Shown: piece by piece, positions 40,587 through 49,148 of the stretch
Numbering within the stretch: position 1 is the first letter of the stretch
Layout: each line of letters starts with the position of its first letter
From: Rhodoluna limnophila
Lineage (GTDB): Bacteria; Actinomycetota; Actinomycetes; Actinomycetales; Microbacteriaceae
Assembly: GCA_945862155.1 (NCBI GenBank)
Contig: CAMAXJ010000001.1
Span: 5,845 to 69,844 of the forward strand
Length of the DNA: 64,000 bases
Direction of reading: 5' to 3'
Position numbers and translations under genes: made by a program
The notes under the pieces: generated by a model
Database searches by the model: none
Told to the model about the DNA's origin: nothing
The model's input: only the letters and a program-made list of their open reading frames with translations

Positions 40587-41822
40587 ATGAGTTATAACTT
40601 TGCAGACTTAGACCTATTCGAAAAGGGCGCCCCTTGGCAAGCCTTCGCCGAAGTAAGAGCCACCGGCAAGCCACACTTTTCTGAAGAAGCAGCACCCAAC
40701 CATGGCTTTTGGTCAATCATGGGATACAGCGACATCGTTAAAGTCCTTCGAGACTCAGAGACTTTTACCTCAGAACGCTTCACAAATCTTGAAGAAGTCG
40801 ATGCCGAACAAGAACAGGCTCGCAGATCACTTCTTGAAACAGACGGACTGCGTCACCGAGCACTCAGGCGAATGCTGCAAGGAGAGTTCACTCCGCAGGC
40901 AGTAAGCAAATACGAAACGTTTTTGAGAGGGCTTACAGCCACCACACTAGACAGCGCGTTTGCCAAGGGTGAATTCGATTTCGTTGAAGACGTCAGCGCA
41001 GATTTTCCAATTCGAGTTCTAGCTCGAATACTGGATGTTCCCGACGAAGACACCGGTCAACTAATCGACTGGGGTAACCGAATGATTGGTAACACCGATC
41101 CCGAGCATGCAGATGTTTTGATGGAAGATCCAGAATCAGAAAAGTATCGCCTGGTTCCATTTAGATCCCCTGCAGCACTTGAAGTATTTGAGTATGGTCA
41201 GGCACTAGCTGCCCAGCGACGCGGCAAGGGGAAAAAAGACCTGGTCTCAGTTTTGGCAGATGGCGTCCCATCGGATGGAATTCCACTATCGGAGCGAGAC
41301 TTCAACACAAACTTCCTTTTGTTAGTCGTTGCTGGAAACGAAACTACCCGTCACACCATCTCTCACACCATGAACAATTTGATAAAGAACCCAGACCAGT
41401 TAGCTCTTCTACAAGAAGACCCTTCACTTATTCCATGGGCGGTGGAGGAGTTTTTGAGATTTGCATCACCGGTTTATCACTTCAGAAGGACAACCACTAA
41501 AGATGTCGAAATCAATGGCGTGAAAATCAAGGAAGGCCAAAAAGTATTGCCTTGGTTTGCTTCGGGAAACAGAGACCCAGAAATCTTCAAAGATCCAAAC
41601 AAAATGGATGTGACCAGAAATCCAAACGAACACATGACATTTGGCCGCGGAGGGCCACACATGTGTCTGGGAAATGCCCTAGCTCGAATTGAGATGCGAG
41701 TGATGTTTGAGGATTTGATTTCTCGAATTGACCGCGTCGAGCGAACCGGAAGCATCGATTACCTAAGGTCTAACTTCGTGCACGGCATAAAGAGAATGCC
41801 GGTTAAGGTTCACCTCAGATAA
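40587..41822 (+). CDS. cytochrome P450 monooxygenase
   Basis: 411 aa with I-helix AGNETT, EEFLRF (ExxR), and heme loop FGRGGPHMCLGNALAR. Confidence 0.9.
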   Translation: MSYNFADLDLFEKGAPWQAFAEVRATGKPHFSEEAAPNHGFWSIMGYSDIVKVLRDSETFTSERFTNLEEVDAEQEQARRSLLETDGLRHRALRRMLQGEFTPQAVSKYETFLRGLTATTLDSAFAKGEFDFVEDVSADFPIRVLARILDVPDEDTGQLIDWGNRMIGNTDPEHADVLMEDPESEKYRLVPFRSPAALEVFEYGQALAAQRRGKGKKDLVSVLADGVPSDGIPLSERDFNTNFLLLVVAGNETTRHTISHTMNNLIKNPDQLALLQEDPSLIPWAVEEFLRFASPVYHFRRTTTKDVEINGVKIKEGQKVLPWFASGNRDPEIFKDPNKMDVTRNPNEHMTFGRGGPHMCLGNALARIEMRVMFEDLISRIDRVERTGSIDYLRSNFVHGIKRMPVKVHLR

Positions 41823-42528
41823 GGTTGGCAACTTTCGATAGATAGTTGTCCACCAATTGAAACGTTCTTTGCTTGGCAGCTTCTTCTTCGGCGGCCGTCT
41901 GACTCATCATGACAATCGGATCTTGACCGTCTTGCTGGACCTTCTTGTCCCCGCCCCAGTCGAGCCAACCTTTTAGTCCAGCCGAATCAAGTTCAGGATG
42001 GAATTGAACACCGAGGGACTTATTGATAACAAACGCTTGTGAGGAAACTGGATTGCGTGCGATTTCTTTGACGCCACCAGGCAATACCCATTGGTCGTAG
42101 TGAAATTGGAACCACGGACCATTAGAAACTAGGTCTGGTTCTTCCGACCAAATGTAAGTCCAACCAATCTCGGCCTTAGGTGATCTAGATACCGAACCAC
42201 CAAGCGCTCTGGCAATTAGCTGACCCCCGAAACAAATGCCAAGCACGGGCTTGCCCGATTCGACGGCATTTTTAATCCATGCCAATTCCGGCTGAAGCCA
42301 GTTCCCGATGCAGTCATCGTCCCAGGCGCCCCAAGGTGCCCCTAGGGGAATGATTAGGTCGTAGTTATCTATGTTTGGAAATTCGAATGCCACATTGGGA
42401 GATTCAAAGTTTTCTTCGGGTACCACTAGCTGGGTCTCAATTTCAAAGCCATGATGGGCCAGTCTTTGTCCAACTGGGCCTACCGGGCTGACGTGATCAT
42501 GCTGAATAAATAGCGCTTTCACAATCAC
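41815..42528 (-). CDS. class I glutamine amidotransferase-like hydrolase (candidate gamma-glutamyl-amide hydrolase)
   Basis: 237 aa with nucleophile elbow GICFGGQ and His-Glu VQFHPE. It overlaps the convergent P450 gene by 8 nt. Confidence 0.8.
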   Translation of the reverse strand: MIVKALFIQHDHVSPVGPVGQRLAHHGFEIETQLVVPEENFESPNVAFEFPNIDNYDLIIPLGAPWGAWDDDCIGNWLQPELAWIKNAVESGKPVLGICFGGQLIARALGGSVSRSPKAEIGWTYIWSEEPDLVSNGPWFQFHYDQWVLPGGVKEIARNPVSSQAFVINKSLGVQFHPELDSAGLKGWLDWGGDKKVQQDGQDPIVMMSQTAAEEEAAKQRTFQLVDNYLSKVANLI

Positions 42529-42645
42529 ACTCCCCAGGAATTAGGCCTAGAAAAAAGGTTCCGAGTCGATGCCGGATGGCTTTAGTATATCTCATTAGAT
42601 ACCAAACGATTCAACACCGCATTCATTGCCACAAAGGAGTAGCAA

Positions 42646-43998
42646 ATGGGTAGCTCACTAGAGTCTCTTCAGAAAGAACTCAAGTCCAAGAACATTGACG
42701 TTCTTAGAGTCATTTACTTGGATATTCTCGGCGTCATCAGAGCAAAAGACATGCTGGTATCCCAGCTAGGTCGCATCAATCACGGCGGCCCAGGCTTTTG
42801 TCAGGGCGTGTGGGTGACCACAACAGGCGGTGACGTTCTAGATGGCAACAATCTCGTCACTGACGGACTTGAAGATTTCGTATCTCAAGTGGTGCCCGAG
42901 TCATGGCGCCCACTTCCCTGGGAACCTGGAGTGGCATACGCCGTTGCAGGAGCAAACAACCCAGACGGAAGCAAGAACCTACTCTCACCGCGAAACGTTT
43001 TGGAATCTGTTGTTGCAAAGTACCAGGCACTGGGACTTCACCCAATTGTTGGACCAGAGCTCGAGTTTTACATCGCAGAACAGGACGAGAACGGAAAGTA
43101 CCGCAGGGCTATCGAACACAAGGGACAGGTTTACACTTCTGGATCTGTAGTTGACCCTAAGGGTACTTTCCTAAATCTCCTTCGTATGGTTGACCAAATG
43201 GACATCGGCGTATTTGCCGGTAACCATGAATTCAGCCCATCCCAGTACGAGATTAACTTTTGGCACGGTCCAGCGGTAGATGCCGCTGATCGAACACTTC
43301 TATTCAAAACTGCAGTGAAAGAAGTTGTTGCGAGGGCCGGTCAGCACGCAACCTTCTGCGGTAAGCCATGGAGCGATGAGGGTGGAAGCGGATTCCACCT
43401 TCACTTCTCGGTAGAAGATGGTAAGGGCAAGAACCTAATGCACGATGGCGGCACTGGACTTAGCGAAGTTGGTCTCCAGATAATCGCTGGTATCACCAAG
43501 CACGCTGCTGCACTGACAGCCATCTGTAACCCAACAATCAACGCCTTCAAGAGACTCGGCCCTGACACGCTCGCGCCTTACCGCGCGAACTGGGGATTCG
43601 ATAACCGTTCAGCAATGGTTCGCATCCCGCCAGAGCACGGAGCCGGAACCAGGCTCGAAGTTCGAGTTGCTGATGGAGCTGCAAACCCATATCTGATGAT
43701 TGCTGCAATTTTGGCTGCTGGTTTGGATGGGATCCAAAGCAAGCTAACAGCACCAGAGCCAGTTGTTGGACTGTCTTATGAGAATGAATCGGCCCCGGTA
43801 CTTCCGATGAGCTTGGAAGCTGCGCTGGATGCACTCGAAGCTGACACCGTACTTCGTGATTTGCTAGCTGGGCCTATTGTTGATGTCTTCCAAATCTTGA
43901 AGCGCGATGAAGTAAAGCGCTACAAAGAAGCTGTTTCTGATCCGAACACTCGAGACACTACCGACTGGGAAGTCAAGGAGTACATGTCAGATTTCTAA
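42646..43998 (+). CDS. glutamine synthetase family protein (gamma-glutamyl-amine synthetase-like: GlnA3/PuuA/IpuC/TdnQ type)
   Basis: 450 aa with the GS catalytic-domain pattern (GPELEFY, HEFSPSQYEIN, GSGFHLHFS, NAFKRL, NRSAMVRIP). Confidence 0.85.
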   Translation: MGSSLESLQKELKSKNIDVLRVIYLDILGVIRAKDMLVSQLGRINHGGPGFCQGVWVTTTGGDVLDGNNLVTDGLEDFVSQVVPESWRPLPWEPGVAYAVAGANNPDGSKNLLSPRNVLESVVAKYQALGLHPIVGPELEFYIAEQDENGKYRRAIEHKGQVYTSGSVVDPKGTFLNLLRMVDQMDIGVFAGNHEFSPSQYEINFWHGPAVDAADRTLLFKTAVKEVVARAGQHATFCGKPWSDEGGSGFHLHFSVEDGKGKNLMHDGGTGLSEVGLQIIAGITKHAAALTAICNPTINAFKRLGPDTLAPYRANWGFDNRSAMVRIPPEHGAGTRLEVRVADGAANPYLMIAAILAAGLDGIQSKLTAPEPVVGLSYENESAPVLPMSLEAALDALEADTVLRDLLAGPIVDVFQILKRDEVKRYKEAVSDPNTRDTTDWEVKEYMSDF

Positions 43999-44010
43999 AG
44001 TCAAAAGACT

Positions 44011-44829
44011 TTAGACAGTTGGATCGGAAAAGTCCGCAACCAAAGTTCCACCTGCAAAGGTGACTCCTAGTTCGCGGTAGTAACCTCCGAGTACTTTTTC
44101 TACTGGAAGAATTGAACCCAACTCGTCCCACTGCGAATCTCCAAGAACAATTTCGGCGTCACCACTCCAGGTCACACCAATTTCAGCATCGCTGGAACCA
44201 AGTGAAACAAGTTGGTCTAACGAGTTACCTTTTCCTGGAGTAATCGAAGGCATCCAACGACTGTGCAACATTTTGTGTCCGTTCACAAAACCATTGCTGT
44301 CAGAGGGCTGACGCAATGTAACAATCGCACTAGCAAGTCTGTGATCGTAGGCCGAAACGCTCGCACCTAGCTTCGCGCCGGGCTCAAGCTTTGGTGTTGC
44401 CTGACCGTTATTGAAAACTCTTGTGACGGCAATGCTGCCAAGTTTTTTGGGGTAGCCCTGGAACCAACCTCGTGCAATTGCGAAATCTTTTGTCACCCAG
44501 ATTGCAACACAGCGTGAATACGTGACGTCTTTGTATTTGCAGCGAATGACAACGAAAGTTTCGAGATACTGCGATCGAACTGGATCTAGCAGTTCTGCCT
44601 TTGATGTCGAACATGATTGCCAGTCGGCCCAGATGATTGCGACACCACCTGGCTGATCGTCCGCTAACTCCACTCCCTCCGGAAACAGCGCAGCAACGTT
44701 TTTGGGATCGGTTAGATACTCAACCGTTAGAAGGGTGCCCGAGTAAAGCCAAGGCATTTCTGGGATGATTGCGCTTTTACCCGTTGGGGTTTTAGGGGCT
44801 AGAAATCCACGTAATTTGCTCATGGACAA
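44011..44829 (-). CDS. acetoacetate decarboxylase (ADC) family protein
   Basis: 272 aa. ADC-fold pattern with a WFQGYPKKLG Lys-Lys motif resembling the Schiff-base lysine pair of ADC/MppR/Sbi00515-type enzymes. Confidence 0.7.
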   Translation of the reverse strand: MSMSKLRGFLAPKTPTGKSAIIPEMPWLYSGTLLTVEYLTDPKNVAALFPEGVELADDQPGGVAIIWADWQSCSTSKAELLDPVRSQYLETFVVIRCKYKDVTYSRCVAIWVTKDFAIARGWFQGYPKKLGSIAVTRVFNNGQATPKLEPGAKLGASVSAYDHRLASAIVTLRQPSDSNGFVNGHKMLHSRWMPSITPGKGNSLDQLVSLGSSDAEIGVTWSGDAEIVLGDSQWDELGSILPVEKVLGGYYRELGVTFAGGTLVADFSDPTV

Positions 44830-44988
44830 TAGGGTACAGAGTCATTTGGGTACAAACGAGGCATTTTTGAGTATTTTTCTTCATGAATTTCGCCTCGGCG
44901 ACTTGACCAAATGGGCGATTAGGGCAAGATTAGTCATATCGTTTTGACACAAACGATTCTCCATTCAATGAAGAAGGGAGCCATATAC

Positions 44989-46473
44989 ATGGCCAAAGAA
45001 TCAAGCACCTCGCTGCGCAAAGGCCGTCTTGGCGTAGCGGGAATCGTATTTTTCGTGGTGGCAGCTAGTGCCCCACTGGTAGGAATGACCGGAGCTGTTC
45101 CGGTAGCCATGCTCCTAGGAAATGGAGCAGCCACCCCAGGTGCCTATCTGGCAGTCGGAATAACACTTCTGATTTTCTCAGTCGGTTATGCAGCTATGAG
45201 CCACAAGGTAACTAACGCCGGAGCATTCTTTGCCTACGTCGGAAAAGGCCTTGGCGTAAACGCCGGAGTCGGTTCTGCTTATGCATCGATTGTTGGATAC
45301 GTAACTATCCAGCTGGCAATCTATGGATTCTTCGGATTGACCATGGGTTTGACCATGGCGCAGTTCGGCGTGGATCTGGCTTGGTGGGTTTGGGCGCTAA
45401 TTGCCTGGCTACTGGTCACCGGTCTTTCACTTCTGAGCGTTGACATCGGAGCAAAAATTCTCGGTGTTCTGCTTGCTGTTGAATTGCTATCGCTACTTGT
45501 GACCGCTGTTGCAATTTTGATCAACGGTGGACCCGAAGGCGCGAACGTAGGAGCTTCGTTTGATCTAGGCCTAGTGTTTGCTGGTGGCTTTGCTGGAACT
45601 GCTGGAATTGCTTTGGCATTTGCCTTCGCATCCTTCATCGGATTCGAAGCAACAGCAATCTATGGCGAAGAGTCCAAAAACCCTAAGCGCGATGTCCCTA
45701 GAGCTACTTACTGGGCAATTGGAATCATCAGCGGTTTGTTTGCTGTAGTTTCCTTCGCAATGGTTACTGGTATGGGCGCGGGTGCAATCATCGACCAGGT
45801 TGTCGAGCGCTCAGGCGGACTAGCCGATCCTTCTGCTGTTTTGTTTAGCTTGGCAGCAGAGTATGTATCACCTGAAATTGTTGTGGTAATGGCACTGCTT
45901 GTTGTCACCAGCTTGTTCGCCGGACTATTGGCGTTCCAGAATGCTGCTGCAAGGTACTTCTTTGCTATGGGCCGCGGAGGCGTTATGCCTTCAGCTTTGG
46001 GTAGAACCAACGCTGCTGGCGCGCCACAAAATGGAGCAATCCTAACCTCAGTAATTGCAGCTGCAGTGATCATTGCATTTGCGGCAGCTGGGTTGGATCC
46101 ATTCCTGAACCTGTTTAGTTGGATGAGCGGTGTTGCAGTTATCGCTGTGGTGGCCGTTGAGATTCTGGTTTCCGTTGCAGTAATCGCCTTCTTCCAGAAA
46201 AACGGTGGCGGTAACCTGTGGAACTCCAAGATCGCACCTGGAGCATCCATCGTGCTTCTTATCGCAGGGCTTTACATGCTTATGGCCCGCTTCAACTTGC
46301 TAGCTGGAACTGCTGCCGATGGAGTCGACCCATCGCTACCAGAGTCTGGTTGGGCATTGAGCGGACTCGGCTGGTTCCTAGTGCTGTCCCCATTCATCGC
46401 ATTCATTATTGGCTTCGTGGTGTCCTCCACTAACAAGTCCAAGAACGCTGCACTGGTTAAGGACTTTGCGTAG
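44989..46473 (+). CDS. APC-superfamily amino acid/amine permease
   Basis: About 12 TM segments. The start is trimmed to the ATG at 44989, 8 nt after a GAAGGGAG RBS. The longest ORF starts at 44944 (TTG). Confidence 0.85.
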   Translation: MAKESSTSLRKGRLGVAGIVFFVVAASAPLVGMTGAVPVAMLLGNGAATPGAYLAVGITLLIFSVGYAAMSHKVTNAGAFFAYVGKGLGVNAGVGSAYASIVGYVTIQLAIYGFFGLTMGLTMAQFGVDLAWWVWALIAWLLVTGLSLLSVDIGAKILGVLLAVELLSLLVTAVAILINGGPEGANVGASFDLGLVFAGGFAGTAGIALAFAFASFIGFEATAIYGEESKNPKRDVPRATYWAIGIISGLFAVVSFAMVTGMGAGAIIDQVVERSGGLADPSAVLFSLAAEYVSPEIVVVMALLVVTSLFAGLLAFQNAAARYFFAMGRGGVMPSALGRTNAAGAPQNGAILTSVIAAAVIIAFAAAGLDPFLNLFSWMSGVAVIAVVAVEILVSVAVIAFFQKNGGGNLWNSKIAPGASIVLLIAGLYMLMARFNLLAGTAADGVDPSLPESGWALSGLGWFLVLSPFIAFIIGFVVSSTNKSKNAALVKDFA

Positions 46474-46488
46474 GAATAATTTGAAAAC

Positions 46489-46528
46489 AATTAGCTGGGG
46501 GCCAACTAAGTTTGGCCCCCAGCTAATT
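46489..46528 (+). terminator. 17-bp perfect inverted repeat (terminator or protein-binding palindrome)
   Basis: AATTAGCTGGGGGCCAA - CTAAGT - TTGGCCCCCAGCTAATT, 15 nt after the permease stop. No U-tract follows. Confidence 0.55.
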
Positions 46529-46536
46529 CCAGGAAG

Positions 46537-46794
46537 GTGATTGTGGATAAAGAATTTGACCTTGATGTCACATTTGAACAGCAAGCCGACGAGGCATTAA
46601 TTGCTTCGCTTAGTCCTGAAAAACTCTCTAAGCACATTCAGAATCTTCCTGCCGACTTAGTAGATGCAGCAACCGGAATTCTTATCGAACACAGAACCTA
46701 CTCCGATGTCTCGCAGCAACTGGGCATTAGGCAGCAAGAACTCGTCAGAGCCGTTCATCGCGCAAAACTACTTATTAGCGAGTCTCAAAACTAA
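46537..46794 (+). CDS. stand-alone sigma-70 region-4-like HTH protein (or fragment of an ECF sigma factor)
   Basis: 85 aa. LPADLVDAATGILIEHRTYSDVSQQLGIRQQELVRAVHRAKLLI matches the sigma region 4.2 pattern. GTG start after an AGGAAGG RBS, and a stop codon lies 10 codons upstream in frame. Confidence 0.5.
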   Translation: MIVDKEFDLDVTFEQQADEALIASLSPEKLSKHIQNLPADLVDAATGILIEHRTYSDVSQQLGIRQQELVRAVHRAKLLISESQN

Positions 46795-46892
46795 ACAAAC
46801 TGCGCAACACATCCGTCTAACTGGCATGCAAATCGCCATTCGAAACATTTGAAGTCTTTAACCACCACCCTTATCGTCTGAGAGAGTCCAAA

Positions 46893-48251
46893 GTGAGTTA
46901 CACACTTATCAACCCGGCAACCGAAGAGTCGATGGAGACTATCGAGCACCTCGACGCGAGGCAAACCGATGAAGCGATCGAAAAGGCAGTCAAGGCCCAA
47001 GAGAAGTGGGCAGCACTAGCTCCTGGCGATCGAGCCATGTTGCTTAGGCGTTTTGCGTCAGCAGTTGATGCCGACAACGAAAACTTAGCTCAACTGGAAG
47101 TTAGAAATTCTGGACACCCAATTGATCAGGCGCGCTATGAAGCCAACAATGTTCGCGATGTTTTGAATTACTACGCCGGAGCACCAGAGCGACTAGTTGG
47201 CAAACAAATTCCGGTAGCCGGTGGAATTGCAGTTACATTCCATGAACCAATCGGCGTGGTTGGAATGATCACCCCTTGGAACTACCCAATGCCAATTGCT
47301 GGCTGGGGAATGGCCCCCGCTCTTGCGGCGGGGAATGCAGTGGTTCTAAAGCCTGCTGAGTGGACCCCACTTACCTCGATGCGCTTAGCCGAGCTTGGAT
47401 TAGAAGCAGGATTACCCGAGAACTTGTTTCAGGTCCTGAATGGGAAAGGAACCGTTGTTGGAGAGCGCCTAGTCACCAACGAAAAAGTCGGGAAGATTGT
47501 TTTCACTGGTTCCACTTCGGTTGGAAAGCACATCATGCGCGGTGCCGCTGATCAAATCAAACGCGTAACGCTAGAACTTGGCGGCAAGAGCGCCAACATC
47601 ATTTTTGAAGACGCCGACGTTGTGAAGGCTGCAACCACTGCGCCTTATGCGGTTTTTGAAAACGCTGGGCAGGACTGCTGTGCGAGATCAAGAATTTTGG
47701 TGCAGAGATCCGTCTACGACAAATTCATGGAAGCTTTAGAACCGGTAGTCAAAGCAGTAAAGGTGGGAGACCCAAGCCTTAGCGGAACAGAAGTTGGCCC
47801 CTTGGTGAGTAAAGCGCACCGCGAAAACGTCAGTAGTTTCCTCGATGGAGCCGACGTTGCATTTCAAGGCAGCGCCCCAACCGGAAAAGGCTTTTGGTTT
47901 GCCCCAACTGTTGTTCTAGCAAAGAGCCCAAGCGATAGATGCATGGCGGAAGAGATTTTTGGCCCGGTAGTAACCGTTTATCCGTTTGAGACAGAAGCCG
48001 AAGCAATAGAGCTGGCAAACGGGACAGAGTACGGACTATCTGGTTCGATTTGGACACGCGATTTAGGACGTGGCATCCGCGTCTCAAGAGCTGTGCAAAG
48101 TGGAAACCTTGCCGTGAATTCTCATTCGTCTCTTAGGTACACAACACCATTTGGTGGCATGAAGCAATCTGGTATGGGTCGTGAACTCGGTCCAGACGCA
48201 CCACTTCACTTCACAGAAGAAAAGGTAGTTTTCTTCAATTCAAATAGCTAG
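46893..48251 (+). CDS. NAD(P)+ aldehyde dehydrogenase (PuuC/IpuH-like by context)
   Basis: 452 aa with FTGSTSVGKHI, ELGGKSA and NAGQDCCARSR. GTG start. Confidence 0.85.
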   Translation: MSYTLINPATEESMETIEHLDARQTDEAIEKAVKAQEKWAALAPGDRAMLLRRFASAVDADNENLAQLEVRNSGHPIDQARYEANNVRDVLNYYAGAPERLVGKQIPVAGGIAVTFHEPIGVVGMITPWNYPMPIAGWGMAPALAAGNAVVLKPAEWTPLTSMRLAELGLEAGLPENLFQVLNGKGTVVGERLVTNEKVGKIVFTGSTSVGKHIMRGAADQIKRVTLELGGKSANIIFEDADVVKAATTAPYAVFENAGQDCCARSRILVQRSVYDKFMEALEPVVKAVKVGDPSLSGTEVGPLVSKAHRENVSSFLDGADVAFQGSAPTGKGFWFAPTVVLAKSPSDRCMAEEIFGPVVTVYPFETEAEAIELANGTEYGLSGSIWTRDLGRGIRVSRAVQSGNLAVNSHSSLRYTTPFGGMKQSGMGRELGPDAPLHFTEEKVVFFNSNS

Positions 48252-48263
48252 AGCAGATAACCG

Positions 48264-49148
48264 CTATCGATTCTGGTAGCCGCTGGCAATTTCCAAAACC
48301 GCAAGAGCGCCAAGTCGAACAGTTCTGCCGTCGGCACTGTCAGCCATCGCGTCAATCTCTGTGACGTCAACAGATCGAACTTGTTTTGCTTTTCCAACCA
48401 GGAATGCAAACTGGCGCAGCTCATCAGCCGAAATTCCTCCCGGTGCAGCAGCCGGACAGGCTGGAACAAAAGCTCGATCACAAACATCCATGTCGAAATC
48501 AACATGAAGTTGCTTGTTGCCAAGTTTTGAAAGAGCCTCATCCATCACAGAGTCGGCACTTCTATTTCTTAGTGCTGAGCGTGGAATTACGTGAACACCG
48601 TACTCTTTTGCCCTTGCTGCATACTGTGGTGAATTTGAAAAGTCATTTATTCCAATTTGAACAACGCTCGTGCCGGGAAGACCCGCTTCAATCAGTCGTC
48701 TAACTGGAGAGCCATTTGAAACGCCATCACGAAGATCGTGATGGGCATCAAATGTAATCAAGCCACTTGATGCGAGCTCATCGCCAAACACTCCGCGCAT
48801 GACGGCATAGGTAATTGAGTTGTCGCCACCGAGGGCGATTGCAAGACCAGAATTTTTAGTTACTCTTGCGGCAAGCCCCATCGTTGTTTCTTCGCCGTCG
48901 GGAGAATCCGGAGTTTCGGAATCTCCAAAATCTGCGATTGAGAGATCTCTGACATCTTTGCCCTGGCTCCAGCTGTAAGTGGAGTAGCGAGCTAGCGCGA
49001 CTCTGATCTCTGTTGGGGTGGCATCGGCGCCGGTTGCCGAAATGGATGTCCCGGACGCCAAAACCCCAAACAGCCCTAAGTCATACTGACCTGATCCTGC
49101 TGGGCTTAGCCAGCCGGCGGCTCTAGGCCACAGAGCGTCTTCGCTCAC
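48264..49148 (-). CDS. hutG: arginase-family ureohydrolase, formimidoylglutamase by hut context
   Basis: 294 aa with metal motifs FDAHHDLRD and DFDMDVCD, and GGDNS where arginases/agmatinases have GGDHS. Divergent from hutU. Confidence 0.65.
   Translation of the reverse strand: MSEDALWPRAAGWLSPAGSGQYDLGLFGVLASGTSISATGADATPTEIRVALARYSTYSWSQGKDVRDLSIADFGDSETPDSPDGEETTMGLAARVTKNSGLAIALGGDNSITYAVMRGVFGDELASSGLITFDAHHDLRDGVSNGSPVRRLIEAGLPGTSVVQIGINDFSNSPQYAARAKEYGVHVIPRSALRNRSADSVMDEALSKLGNKQLHVDFDMDVCDRAFVPACPAAAPGGISADELRQFAFLVGKAKQVRSVDVTEIDAMADSADGRTVRLGALAVLEIASGYQNR

Noticed and set aside
45708-46250. 180-aa minus-strand ORF inside the APC permease gene, plus the similar 45321-45638 ORF.
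   Set aside because: These are Ala/Thr/Pro-rich antisense translations of a GC-rich membrane-protein gene, which is typical shadow-ORF behaviour. The permease on the plus strand is clearly real.
46542-46550. Perfect DnaA box TGTGGATAA at the start of the sigma-4-like ORF.
   Set aside because: About 0.5 perfect 9-mers are expected by chance in 64 kb on both strands, and this isolated single box has no neighbouring boxes.
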